Assembly (NCBI RefSeq): GCF_009834535.1 | Contig: NC_045696.1 | Span: 60,700,001-60,764,000 of the forward strand | Origin: Camelus ferus | Taxonomy: Eukaryota | Reading direction: 5' to 3' | DNA length: 64,000 nucleotides | Part shown: positions 1-12,950 of the stretch, one piece after another | Position numbering within the stretch: the stretch's first letter is position 1 | Layout: each line of letters opens with the position of its first letter | Notes under the pieces: model-generated | What the model was told of the DNA's origin: nothing | Seen by the model: the letters and a program-made list of their open reading frames with translations, nothing else | Databases searched by the model: none | Position numbers and translations under genes: made by a program

Positions 1-560
1 TGTGAAAAGAGAGTGAGAGTAAAGAGCGAGAGAGAAGGGACAAGGCAACACCCAGATTTCCAGCTGGTGTAACTGTGTAGATACTAATACCTTCTCTGAA
101 ATGGGGACCATAAAGGAACTTTTGGATTTATTCCAATTTAACATGTTGAATTGATGGGACCTGTGGGGCATACACAGGGAGATATCCAATAAGGTGACAT
201 GATCTGGATTAAACATACAGATTTGGTAGTAATCAGCATATACGCATGTAACTGGTAACTGCAGCCATCAGAGTAAATAAAATCACCCAGGAAGTATTAT
301 AAAATGACAATAGAAGGGACAGAGTAAGAGAGAACCCTAAGGAAAAGTTTTAAAGGCAAGAGGAGTACAGAAAGGAGGTAAGAAGCAGCAGAGTAGTAGA
401 ACGAAAACCAGGAGTATTTCAAGTAAGTCTGTGGTCAAGAATGTTTACTGCTACTGAGGGGTGAAGGAAGAAGAAGACTGAGAAATTTCTACTAGATTTA
501 ACAACCAAGAGATAACAGGTTGATGGAATGATGAAGACAGAAAGAGTGGGCAATAACCAA
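1..560. mobile_element. Old L2 fragment
   Basis: Purine-rich L2-like motifs (catgttgaattga..., gatttggtagtaatcagcata). Confidence 0.55.
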
Positions 561-1285
561 AGGGAGACTGGGAGAAAGAGGAGTGGTTAAGGGAGTGTGG
601 GCTTAATGCAGGGCAGTTCTAAGTGCCTAACAGGTAGGAAATAGTAAAAAGGCTCACAACTCAGAAAGAAGACAGACAGAAATGGGGGAGGTGGGCTCCA
701 GAGCCCAGGTAGAGGAATTAGTGTTGGACACCTTAAGGCATTTAATTACATGCAGGGATTTATGCAAGCTGTAGTAAGGGAGGTGCCAGTCACACCACAG
801 ACCAAAATTCCTACTTTCTACAAGGCAAGAACTGTCCTCCAAAAAGGCTTAGTTTTGGTTCATTCCCTTGATAACATAAATAGCATGAAGGGAGGGAGCA
901 GCCTGCTTAGCTGAGGAAAAAGCAACTGACAACAGATGGGGGTGATTGCAACACATGTACCTCCTGCTGCTGTAAAAAGATATTCTACAGAGCAGGGACT
1001 GCTTCCCACTCTCCTAGCACTCCTTGCAGCACATAGGGTGTGGACTGGGATATAAACAGGCGTTCTATAAAGAATGAATTAAGCAATGGGAAGATAGAGG
1101 CAGGATTTTTCTATAAAACCATAAGACAACTGAATAGCCTGCAAAAAAAAAAATAATAAATTCCCAGCCTGTATGCTCAAATAAATCCCAGATAAAACAA
1201 ATTCTAATTCCAACTGTGTCAATCTGTTTCAAAAAGTATAAAGTCAAGGGACACTCACTCCCTCCCTCCTTTCCAGTAGGTATTT

Positions 1286-1765
1286 TGTCAAGAACTATGA
1301 AAGGTCTGAGATGAAACCCTATTTGCAAGCTAATAAGTTGGCTTGCTGTAGTTTCCCGGATGCTGGCAGGAGACCTGAGACAAGTCAGAGATGAAAGACT
1401 TCAGTAGTCACAGCACTAGCAGTAGACAGATTATCAGTCCAAACACACGGGGCGATGCATAGAGGGCAGGAGATGCCTGCACACGCGGCAGGTTGTGGGA
1501 CAGACGAGGAACCTTGAGTGTAGGGAGCCCAAGACTTTTAAGGACAGTAAGTCTGCCTGACCTCCGTGGCAAGGAGACATTATCTCTATCATACTAGACA
1601 GTAAACAAATCTCACTTTTTCTCAGGAGGGAGACACTATCTCTATACTCTAAGACTGTTTGTTACAGTATTTTTGAGAAAACAGTAAAGAACAAAAGACA
1701 GTCAGTATCTTTGCTCACAAGACAGACAGAAACATAAGAGACCCATGAAGAATGGTCTCCCAACA
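1286..1765 (-). mobile_element. ERVL-class solo LTR (LTR40-like)
   Basis: Minus strand starts TGTTGGGAGACCATTCTTCATGGGTCTC and ends TTGACA. Subfamily from recall. Confidence 0.6.
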
Positions 1766-4094
1766 AGTATCATATGCATATCACAGTGAAAAGTCTTAGC
1801 CAACCTTGTCTGCCAGCCCCCAGTCCCCCTCCTCAGAGATAACCACTTCCCTCAACTTTCTGTGTTATCTCTTCAGAGATATTCTATGTTTCTACAAGTG
1901 TGCCTGTGCCGTGGACACATACACACTTTATTTTTTAAATAAATGGTTGCAATCACATTCCGTACCTTGCTTTTTCCACAGTTTTCTTAGACGGCTTCAT
2001 TTTGACACATATGGATCTAATTCATTCTTAACATCTACATAGTAATCCACTGCACTATAGTATTACTATATATTTAACTAGTGCCCCTACTAATAGACAT
2101 TTGCTTCCAGGCTTCTATTATTACAAACAATACTGTAATAAACCAAGTTATACATATCTTTGTGTACATTTGCTAAAAGTGAAATTGCTAGGTGAGAAGT
2201 ATATGTATTTTTAGTTTTTACAGATATTGCCAACCTGCTCTCCAAAGAGGCTGCAACCGGTATAACTCCCACCCTTCAACATAAAAAGGGGCTAGTTTCC
2301 TCATAGCAGCCGATGGCACCACTGTTTGCCAACAAAAATAGGGTAAAGCTTTTACGTATAAACAGGACTTTCAGACCTTACTAGTTGGCTTTTCAATACC
2401 CCTTATGCTCAAAATTAAGTTTCTAAAGCTTAAGTGCAGGGTAGTGCTGTACTGTGCAATGAACACTTAAAAGGGATACAGGATCTAGTTCTAACTTTCC
2501 CACTGACTAATGCCATGGGCGGCCTTGGTCAAATCACTTAATTTCTCTAGGCCTTAGTTTTTTCATGTATTAGTTAGATGACCCTTTCATCTAAAATTTC
2601 TAAAATGTGCGTACATCACTCATCACTCAAAATTCTATAGGTTTTTCTTAATGGAAAATTGTTATTGCAAAAGTAAAGTCTGCAAATAAAAGCAACATAA
2701 TATTTCAGATTAAAATTTTTTAGAGAAAAGTAGAAAAACATTTCTAGAACACTATCTTATTCACATAGTAGCATTTACTTACCCCTCACATACTCCCAAA
2801 AAGTCTTCACAGTAGCCATTTCAATGAGACACCACAGACCAAGAGAACAGCAGGGTACTAAAAGTCCCCTGCCATCCTCCCTATCTATATGACTATTTTC
2901 TCATTCTGTTTCTTATGTACCTCTGTCTGTCATAAACTATACTTAGTTCCAAAATACATTTTAATAACATTTAATTTTTGTCTATAATTGCACAATACAA
3001 GAAATGAGTATAAAGAATGCTTTCTTCCTTTGTGGTAATTCTTTCTAAATTGAAAGCAAAAAGAAAAAGCAGAAGAGCATTTCCCTTCTTTCATATCTGA
3101 ATAAGCAAGGAGGGGAAAAAAGGTGACAACCACACAAGAAGCACCAAGCAATGTTCATTTTCATATGTTTATTACCTGACTAAAGAGTTGATTCTTCTTT
3201 TGAAAATTTCCCATTTATTACTTAAGTAACAACAAATTCAAACACTCAAGTTTTTTTTCCCTTAAAGTACCTATAAATATTAATTATCCAAAAAATAAAC
3301 CCAAGGAAAATGTAAAAAGCTCATTCTATTATTTAAATAAAAGAAAAATCTTCTTTTTTGTAACAATTTCATCATAATTTTTGGTTGATATATATATCAT
3401 CTCTTCAAACTCCCTATTACTAGGAAGTGGATCACCTTCCAGTTACAAGTATCTGTATAATCAAATGATTCTGTATCTTATATAGCTATAAAATCACATG
3501 ATATTTTTAAAGTATGACTTTAAAATATGCAATGTATACTCTAAGATGAAACCATGTCTCTGAGCTACCAAGAGTATAATAAGAAAAAAAAATCTAAAGG
3601 CATAAGTATATTTTATACATAATTTTCCAACTGCTGGTTTAGATTGATTCACTCTTTACAATGGCAGCAAAGCACGATAAAATCCCACTCAAAATTTTAT
3701 GCTAAAACCTCACACATAATAAAAAAAAAAATCAAATTAAAACTATACCAAAACACCATTTTTTAACCTATTACTTTTAGATTTTTGCCAATCTAATAAC
3801 ACACTGATAAGGCTGATGGGAAATAAGTACTCAACCATTGGCAATGTACATCCTAATGAAGAGAAATCTGACAAAAACTAATATCAAAATTACAAACTGA
3901 CTCAGTAATTCCACTTCTGGGTATTTCTCCCACAGATATGTTCATATGCTTGCAAGATGACATGTCTGGAAGGTAATTCACTGCAGCATTATTTATAATA
4001 GCAAAATTTTGGAAACAAATTTAATGCCCATCAATAGGGAACTTATTAAAGGTGGAGAACAGGGTGGTGTTTTCTAATGATAGGGAACTTATTA

Positions 4095-4445
4095 AAGGTG
4101 GACTGAATTGTGTCTCTCCAAAACTCATATGTTGAAGTCCTAACCTCCCAATGTGACAGTATTCAGAGATGGGGCCTTTGGAAGATACTCAGGTACAGAC
4201 TGGGACTCTTGTGATGGGATTAGTGCCCTTAGAGAAACCTGAGAGCTCGCTCCCTCTCCCAGCTCATGCGCTCTGTCACATGAGCACACAGAAGGCCATC
4301 TGCAAACCTGAAGAGACCTCACCAGAACCTGACAATGCTGGCACTCTGATCTGAAACTTCCAGCCTCCAGAACTGTGAGAAAATAAATTTCTGTTGTGTA
4401 AGCCATCCAGCGTATAGTACTTTGTTATAGCAGACTGCACTGATA
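4095..4445 (+). mobile_element. MaLR solo LTR (MLT1-like) inserted in an old L1 fragment
   Basis: ggactgaattgtgtc...catatgttgaagtcctaac...cagcctccagaactgtgagaaaataaatttctgttg. Confidence 0.8.
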
Positions 4446-7400
4446 CTACATACATAAAATTTAAAATGGGGCAATGCATATTGTATTTACTTAATTCTTA
4501 AGAAAAAAAAAATCTCTAGAAGCACAGACAAGAAGCCAAGAATGTTTATCCTCCATTTTTAGATGGGAGGAGACCTGAGCAGGTGGAGGATGGGATGCAA
4601 GATTTTCATTGTACAACTTTTAATATTATTTTGGATCAAGTAAACATATTATTCTCCAAAATTAAATTAAAAATACTTTTCATTTACATTAGTTATAAAT
4701 ATTTGAAACAGCTACAAAATTGATAAACAAGTTATTCTTTATAGAATTTGAGGGTACAGGCTCAGGCAGCATATTAAAAAGGCTTCTTTTCAAGGACAGG
4801 AAACCTGTTCCAGAAGCAACAGTTGGTGGCATTTCATCTCACCATTTATCATTCTCATTTTGTCCCTTTCTTCCTCCCTTCTCTCCCACCCCTCCTGCAG
4901 TTTCCAGCTGCAGCCAGTAGCAACCACAGACTTCAGCCTACCTCTCTAGGGACCTTCCAGCCAACCTCAGGGATAGCAATGGAAGTAAACTGCAAAGGCA
5001 GCCAAACTCAAGCACAGGGAGACACTGAGTGGGAAATCATGCTTTGTTACAATACCTAATTAACCAAAAAGAAAATCCTTTCTTTCACCAGCAAACTAAA
5101 TTGCTCTATAAATTGTCCTAAAACTCAGACGGTAATGCCAAAACATTAATGTGACTATTTAATTAAGCAATTTAGTTTTAAGTCAAACCTGAACAAGTCT
5201 AGACACAAATCATTTTATTGAACAAAATCAGTACAGGGGAAGATTCTTAGCTAGGGAAGATGTTCCCTCTCTCAAAGTAGTATAATTTACGACAAGAATA
5301 TTCTCCATTATTTCCAGAGTCCAGAGTACCCTAATGACAACACCAAGGAGCCTGTTACCTCCACTATTTTCAAAAGCAAAAACAAAAGACATAATTTCCT
5401 ACAAGTCTATTAAATGGACAATTAACTCCGGGACCTAAATTAGGTGACTTATTTGGAAAGGACTAAAAAGACTAATTTGTGTGTTCTAACATTGTTCGTA
5501 TAGTTTTGATATAGTATAATTTCTAAGAAAATATGAATGCAAATGGACTACATTTAAACTAGCAAAGCAAAAATTTAAGAAATCACAGTATACCATAATA
5601 AACCAAATCTTGTTCCTCAAGGCTTGGTATATAGTTCTCACTACATTTTTGAAACAACATTTTAGTTTTCAGTTTCATGCCTATAAGTTGTTTTTCCCTT
5701 GTTTTTACTGGCATCTATAGCAGATTTCAGACAAGGAAAACAAAAACTAAGGTGCAGAAATAGCCATTCAACCTACCTTTAACCCCTATAGAAGAAAAAA
5801 GCAAACATTTATGACTTTTTTTTCAAATCGACTGCAAAAAAGTGGTAAGACCTCAAAAACAGCAAACATTAGGTTATATTTAGGCAGATGTTCTTTCCCC
5901 GTTTGCAAATAGGTACTTTTCCTTGTAACAGAGTATTTAGAGTGGAAGATACCAGGTCTGACCACAAAAATTATTTCTATACTATACATTTGCAGACTTC
6001 TACCCATTTACTGAAACACATACTATTTGTTAATAAGGAAATGAGATGTGCCTGTTTGTTAATGGTGTTTAGCCAGAACTGAGCCCAAAGTAAAAAAAAA
6101 GCAGGCCTGTCATATACTCCAATTCACTTTTCAGTTCCTCCTCTGGGTACTTCTGTCCATTTTAACAAACAAGTGGCAGATTTGCAATTTTTCTGAAAGC
6201 TGAAGAAAATAAAAATAATGGAAACATGCACATTTTATAAACTCTGAACATTTACTATGAAAAAGGAAGGAAGGGTCTAGAATTAAGAAATCAACTTTCC
6301 TTTTAAATGGTGAGCAAAGACCACATTATATAAGTTACTCCAGAAAGAAGAAAATTTAAGGCTAATCTAATAAATTCACTTCTCAGCTCTGGTTTTAAAA
6401 AAGTTTATCATTTTTGCAAATGTAGCTGAGGTTTTTCCCTTTTCTGATTCTTTTTCATAATCCTCCCAAAATAAGCTTTGGGGTCCCTACTTTCAATGCT
6501 CTGAGTGTACACATTAATTTGGAATTAACTAACAGAGAGCTTCACACACGGTGAAGGCTCAAAAATACTTGCTGCGTGCGTTAGAACACGAGTAAATGAC
6601 GAAACCACTCTCCCAAAACTAATTATTTATCAATAATTATTCATCCCTTTACAGAGCACATCTAAATCTTTATGCAAATAACTACCTAGGAATAAAAGTT
6701 CCTCCACTTACTAGCTTTATAACCTTGACCAACTCATTTTGACTTCAACTGTAAAACTGTTTTCCTCACTGTAAAATGAAGATAACGCCCTACCTTCCTC
6801 CAAGAGCTGTCGTGAGGGTTAAATGTTGTAACAGAAGTGAAAACATTCTGGACACTTATAAAGGCAATTATCTACATTTTCTAATGCCCCATATTTCTAA
6901 GGCCCAGCTGGAAAAGCCACTTAAACAACCTGGCAACTTACGGCCAACATACCTAAAACCAAATGCATCATTTGACTCTCAAAATCTGTTTCTCCTGTAG
7001 ACTTTTTAAAGTTTCATACCTGGATAACTGAAGTAAATTTTTCCTTTCTTCCCTCACTATTACCCTCCACTCAATCAGCCACCAAGGTCTGTCAATCTTC
7101 CTCTAACGATTTCCTTCTCTTCCAGCCTACAAACACCTTCCTTTTATTATTGTATGTCTTGGTCATGGCAACTTATCTCCAAATAGCTCCTCTTATTCCC
7201 CAATAATCAAATTCAGCCCCCAACTCTCAGCTTCAGAGACAAATTTCCAATTGTCTGCTCGTCAAATCTATCTCAACAGTAGATGACAATCTTGAGTCCA
7301 TCTATATTAATATCTATGATAGGCACCTTCTTGAACGGCTCCCAGTGATCCTCACCTGCTGGTATTCACAGTGTTGTGTGGGCCTAACCTTATCATTTGC

Positions 7401-7689
7401 TTAGTGAAAATACTGAAAGTGATGTGACTTCACTTCCATGCCTAGGTTACGAAAGACTGTGACTTCCTTCCTGCTAGCACTGTCTTCTCACTTCCTCACT
7501 CTGATAAAACAAGCTGCCAAATAGTAATATTACCAAGAAATAATATTAAAATAGTAATTATTATGGGATATTTAAAAAGAATTCAAGTATATTAATAAAA
7601 ATATTAAGAGAAAATATTAATAGAAAAATGAAAACATATAAGCAGATATTTCACATATGAAAAAATACAATTAACCATATAGAGTAATG

Positions 7690-8570
7690 AACTCAAAATG
7701 GACCAAAGACTTAAATGTAAATACTAAAATATAAAACTCTTAGACAAAAACATTTACACACAAATCTTTGTGACCTTGGACTTGGCAATGATTTCTTAGA
7801 TGTGACACCAAGTATAAGCAAAAGAAGAAAAAACAGATTGGGCTTCATGAAAATTAAAAGCTTTTGTGCTGCAAACAGTATCATCAAGAAAATGAAAAAA
7901 CACCCCACAGAATGGGAGAGAATATCTGTAAATCATGTATCTGATAAGGGAAATGTATCCAGAATACATAAAGAACTCTTACAACTCCATAATAAAAAAG
8001 ATAAATAACTTGATTTAAAAATGGCCAAAGGATCTGAACAAACGTCTTTCCAAAGAAGATACACAAATAATCAGTAAGTACATGAAAAGAGGTTCAACAT
8101 TATTAGTCATCAGGGAAATGCAATTCAAAACCACAATGGGAAACCATTTCATAACCATCAGGATAGCTAAAATTAAAAAGACAGACAATAACAAGTGTTC
8201 ATAAGGATGTGAAGAGATTAAAACCCTAATACACTGCTGCTAAGAAGGTAAAATGGTGCAGCAGCTTTGGAAAACTAGTCTGACAGTTCCTTAAAAAGTT
8301 AAACAGAGTTACCATATGACCCAACAATTTCACTCCTAAGTATGGACATAAGAAAAATAAAAACATATGTCCATACAAAACTTGAACACAAATGTTCAAA
8401 GCAGCATTATTTCATAATAGCCACAAAATCCAAACAACCCAAATGTTGATCAACTGATGAATGGATAAACAAAATGTGGTATATTTATAAGTGGAATATT
8501 ATTCAGCCACAAAAGGAATAAAATAATGATATATGCTACAACATTTATGAACCTTGAAAGCATTATGCTA
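7690..8570 (+). mobile_element. L1 (L1M) ORF2 3' part / 3'UTR
   Basis: ORF2-like IKSFCAANSIIKKMKKHPTEWERI and typical 3' motifs. Confidence 0.88.
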
Positions 8571-9076
8571 TTTAATTTTCTAAGTCTGCAAAGCCAAAGC
8601 TTAGGGTCTGAACCACATGGTCCTTTCTAAATTTCAACCACTCTCTAAGATATAACCTGAAATCTCCATTTTTTAAATGGAATAGTAGCAAATTATAGGT
8701 AAGCAGTTGGATATATGGCTCTCAAGTTCCAGAAAGAAGTGATGAGGCCATGGAAGAGAATGAGACAACAAACAGAAAACATGAGCTTAAGAAGAGAAGA
8801 TGATGGAGTACATACCAGCCTCTAAAGGAAAAAAGCCAATCAAAGAAATGAGAAAGGAAAAGTCAGAGCAATAAAGGAGAAACCAAGAGAAAGTAGTATC
8901 AAAAAAGTCAAGAAAATAATAAGGTACACTTATTAGAGATATCAACTGGAATAAGAATCTAAAAACATTCATCATTTTTTCACTCATATCCTTGGTAAGG
9001 ACAGAGCTAACTGTCATGGGCTGACCAACAAATGAGGGTTAAGAAAATGGAGGCAGTTGAGTATAAAGGATTTAGC

Positions 9077-9175
9077 GGGGTGGATATAGCTCAGTGGTAG
9101 GGCACATGCTTAGTTAGCATGCATAAGGTCCTGGGTTCAATCCCTGGTACCTCCGTTAAAAAAATAATAATAAAA
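9077..9175 (+). mobile_element. Camelid-type tRNA-derived SINE (vic-1-like)
   Basis: GGGGTGGATATAGCTCAGTGGTAG...GGTTCAATCCC (A/B boxes), A-rich tail, TSD ATAAAG(G/A)ATTTAG. Confidence 0.85.
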
Positions 9176-10334
9176 TAAAGAATTTAGGTTAGTTTTTACT
9201 ATTGTTGCTGTTTTTAAAGTCTAGAAACTTTAGGCCTCAGGGGAAGAAGCCAGGGAAGAGGGAGCTATATAGGACAATGGAGAAAATTGTTTGATCAGTG
9301 TCCTAGAGGACAAAGGGATAAATCTGATTGAGAGTTAGGTTGAAGGATTAGCCTTGAATAAGCCTCAGATAAAAACATGTCAGTATGTAAATGTGTTATA
9401 TATCTGCATCCTTGGGGAAGAGTTTCACATAACTGAATTTTCCAGATACTTCAGCATTTCTTAAAAATTTTAGCTATTTTCCTTGAAATTATTCACCACT
9501 GTATCATAGAGTTCTCTGACTTTTTAAACAGAGTGTGCTTTCTTGGATGACTTAGGTTATTGTAACTATGATTACTGTACTAGGAAGTAATATAGCTGAG
9601 TCTGCATGTTAATTTTTCAAATCTTTGTCCTACATTGCCAGTTGCATTTCCTGTTGCAATTCCCCTGATAACTTTTTTCATTTGTGCTTCCAAAAGATTC
9701 TAGTTTGACAATTATGTAACTATTAAAGAACACCCTAAATGAGGGATAACAGGATCCTGAGTCAAAGTACAGAAGAAAAGTGTATGGCTTTATGACAACT
9801 CTCCCCAGTGTTAAGAAACCTGTTTCACTTTTCAATTCAACTGAGACTGGGTTTCAAAGAGTTCAGAATGTCAGAAGATTGACTTCTGGCTACATAAGTA
9901 TTACTTTATCCTGCTTCCTTAAGTCATATCAAAATATCCCTGCCAAGTCACTGACAATTTTATAGGCTTAGCCTTAAACCACAAACAAAAGGAATAATGC
10001 ACTCTAAAAGTGAGCCTAGACATCTCACAGTAACTCAGTATACTTTCCTGTCTTATCATCATTTACCAATAAAAAGTTACAATCTACGCTGTTTCTGTAT
10101 GTTAATATAGTCATGCATGTTTCACACATATAGATAATATTCATGATAAATGTACATTCTTCATCAAATCTTGACTTTAACCCCTTTCAAATTTCACAAC
10201 TACAAACAGCACAAAGGCTAAAAAGGACCAGAGTTAAGCACACAGGCAGTCAGTTAACCAAAATTTAAAAAGTCATTCCTTTAGTTCCAATACTATGGGG
10301 TATCACTATTTCATCCATTCTTAAGATTCTGAAT

Positions 10335-11027
10335 AATCCAGCAATTCTACTTCTGGGAACTTATCCAAAGGAAAGAAAAACCTTAAGTCGAAAAGATATC
10401 TACACCCTCCCGTTCACTGTAGTAGTATTTACAATAGCCAAGACATGAAAACAACCTAGGTGTCCATCAAATGGACAAAGATGAATGGATAAAGAAAATG
10501 TGGTATATATACATAATGGAATATTATTCAGCCATAAAAAAGAAGGAAACCTTACCATTTGCAACAACATGGATGGACCTTCAGGGCATTATGCTAAGTG
10601 AAATACACCAGAGAAAAAACAAATACTGTACAATCACATTTATATGTGGAATCTAAAAAACAAAACAAACCAAACAAAACCCACTGATACAGAGAAAAGA
10701 TTGAGGGTAGTCAGAGGCAGCAGTGGATGAAATGGGTAAAGGTGATCAAAAGATACAAACTTCCAATTATAAAATAAATAAGTCCTGTAAATGTAATGTA
10801 CAGTATCATGGCTATAGTTGATAATACTGTATTATATATCTGAAAGTTGTTAAGAGAGTAGATCTTAAAAGTTCTTATTAAAAAAAAAAAACAGTATGTG
10901 TGGGTGATGGATGTTAGCCAGATTTACTGTGGTGATCATTTCACAATACATACAAATATCAAATCATTTTGTTGTACACCCGAATCTAACATCTAATATG
11001 TTAAATATATTTGTTTCAAAAAAAAAG
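10335..11027 (+). mobile_element. L1 3' end (L1MA-like) with A-tail
   Basis: DEWIKKMWYIYIMEYYSAIKK...FATTWMDL. Confidence 0.88.
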
Positions 11028-11699
11028 ATTCTGGATGGTCATATTCCTATCCTTTACATATCAAAACCAAAAAAAAAATTAAACTACCACTGCTTCTCCA
11101 GTACTCACTGCCTGTTTTTTCAGTTTTTCATTCAAATCAATGAAAATTAATAAATGTAGAATTTCTCAAAGACAGAGAGAGGTATAAGTGGTCTGATCAA
11201 TTCAAACTGAAACATCTCACTAGTTTAGAGTAACCGAGGCACTAGTCTTTGTACTTTTGCCTCTGTATTGAAATTATTTATGTACATTTCCCCTTCTAAA
11301 TCACAAACACCATGAGGGCAAGAATCTTTCTGATTGAATGGCTCCATTCACCACTGGACAAACATGTTTTAAGCACCTAGCATTTGCTATCTTCTGGAGA
11401 GAGCTGAGTTAAACAGTTCCTGCCCTCACAAGCAAGCAAGGGAGGCGGGCTTGTAAACAAATTACAATACAAGAAAAACAGAAGTGAGTACAGGATCAAA
11501 CCAGAGGAAAAATGAACTCTACAGCTGTAGAGGTACTTCGGGGATACACTTATGTGTTCTCCAAAGGGCTTTCAATAAATACCTGTCGAATAGACGAATG
11601 AATTAAATGTCGCTAATGAAAAGATGAGACCCCCAGGTCCAAATGAGACGTATTAGCTACTCCTGAAAGTGGATAAACTTCGCCCTTCAACAGCTGCTG

Positions 11700-12950
11700 G
11701 AATGCGGACTCCAGCATACTACCGCCGACCTCAGGAAATCACCTTGAAGAAGGGCCATACCTGTACTGCCAGCCTTTGGCACTGCCACCTCGGCTGCTGC
11801 TGCTGCTGCTGCTGCTGATTCCACCCCCACAGCTGCTGTTGCTGCTGTTCTTGTTCGGGGTCACCGCGGTGGCCAGGCCCTCCAGCCTTCCTTCGCTCTC
11901 TGAGACTTTCATTGCTGACACTGGTTCACCTCCCTGCATCTTAACTCCAAAGTCCATTTGCCCTTCTGGGGCAGGAGTGAATAACTCGGTAGAGTAGTTT
12001 TGTAAGTGATAAGATTTAAGATTTGATCTGAAGGTGATCCCAGGTGCCAAATCAGACGGCGGCCGGAGTAGGAACCATCAAATGGTCCAGGGAAGGAATA
12101 CAAGCATTCCCCTGAAGGAAAACTTTTAAGAGGAGAGGGGTAGCTTTGAGGACAAAGATCCTTTGAATATATATCTCCTTCCGTGCAAAAGCAAGGAGGA
12201 AAAAATCACCCTGCCAGAGGATCTGATGGCATGCTCAAAGGAGAAGCAGAAGCAGCGTGGGGAGGTCGCGGACTCTAGCCAAGAGGGCTGGCCGAAGGAC
12301 GGACCACGGACAGGGACCCGCGGCCTGACCTCTGGGCTGACGGACTGACCCGCCGCGCTCCCTCTTCTCCTCCAGCCGGTCCTCAGGGGGAGGGTCCCGT
12401 ACAGCCCGCTCGGCGGTTCCCGCCGCAGCCCCCGAGACAGAGCTGGAACCGCCCGCGCGCAGCCTGGGAGGAGGGCCGGGGAAGGAGGCCGCCGGGGGCG
12501 GGACGCCGGCTCCCAGGGCCGCCTCTCCTCCGGCCAGAGGCGAGCCGCTCGGGGCAACTTCCGCCTTGGGCCCTGGACGGGATTCGCAGGGGCGGATGAG
12601 TCCCTCGCCCTCTCTCCAGCCCAAACGGGAAAGCCACAGCTGCGACCGCCACCCCACCCACAGCCCCACGGCGGGTCACCCACCCGCCTGCTCTCTCCCC
12701 GCCTTCCCTTCCGGAGTAGGTGAGCTCACTTCCCCAGAGCAGAAGTCTCCGGCGCCATCTTGGAGCAGGGCATACGGCCCTCAAGGGGGCGGAGCCTCTG
12801 GGAGAGCCATGCTGGGGCGGCTGACTCCGGAGAAAGAGAGTGGGAGGGCGCCGGCGGGCGGAGGAGGTGGGACAGCCGAGGAAGGAGAAACAAAGGAGTT
12901 AGTGCCCTAGCGGAGGGTGACTTCCCGCCTTCCTAACCGGGTCCTTCCTG
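11700..12950. promoter_or_regulatory. OSBPL11: CpG island / promoter and 5'UTR of OSBPL11
   Basis: Abrupt GC- and CpG-rich block. Contains a YY1-type CGCCATCTT (12753-12761), an ETS-type CTTCCGG (~12708-12714), a GC box GGGGCGGAGC (~12786-12795) and an E2F-like TTCCCGCC (~12922-12929). Confidence 0.9.
11761..11939 (-). CDS. OSBPL11: Oxysterol-binding protein-related protein 11, first coding exon (59 codons + 2 nt); the gene continues beyond the left edge
   Basis: Translates MQGGEPVSAMKVSESEGRLEGLATAVTPNKNSSNSSCGGGISSSSSSSSRGGSAKGWQY, matching the ORP11 N-terminus as I recall it. Ends at donor AG|GTATGG (GT at 11760-11759) and lies in a CpG island. No exon 2 (DHMENVYGYL...) was seen in 1-11760, so that stretch is intron 1. 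Confidence 0.96.

Noticed and set aside
4034..4102. Repeat-spacer-repeat resembling a CRISPR unit
   Set aside because: Only two copies, eukaryotic repeat context, no cas genes.
9077..9155. tRNA-like sequences here and at 18763, 19036, 31907 and 49255
   Set aside because: A-tails, TSDs and degenerate stems identify them as SINEs, not tRNA genes.
9780..9965. VYGFM start resembling OSBPL11 exon 2 (VYGYLM)
   Set aside because: Wrong strand and no further similarity.
11776..11997. Plus-strand ORF resembling a signal peptide (LLLLLLLL)
   Set aside because: Antisense shadow of the OSBPL11 poly-Ser (AGC)n exon; no ATG start.
12126..12910. Several long ORFs (114-185 aa)
   Set aside because: Expected from stop-poor GC-rich CpG-island DNA; low-complexity R/G/P/A products.
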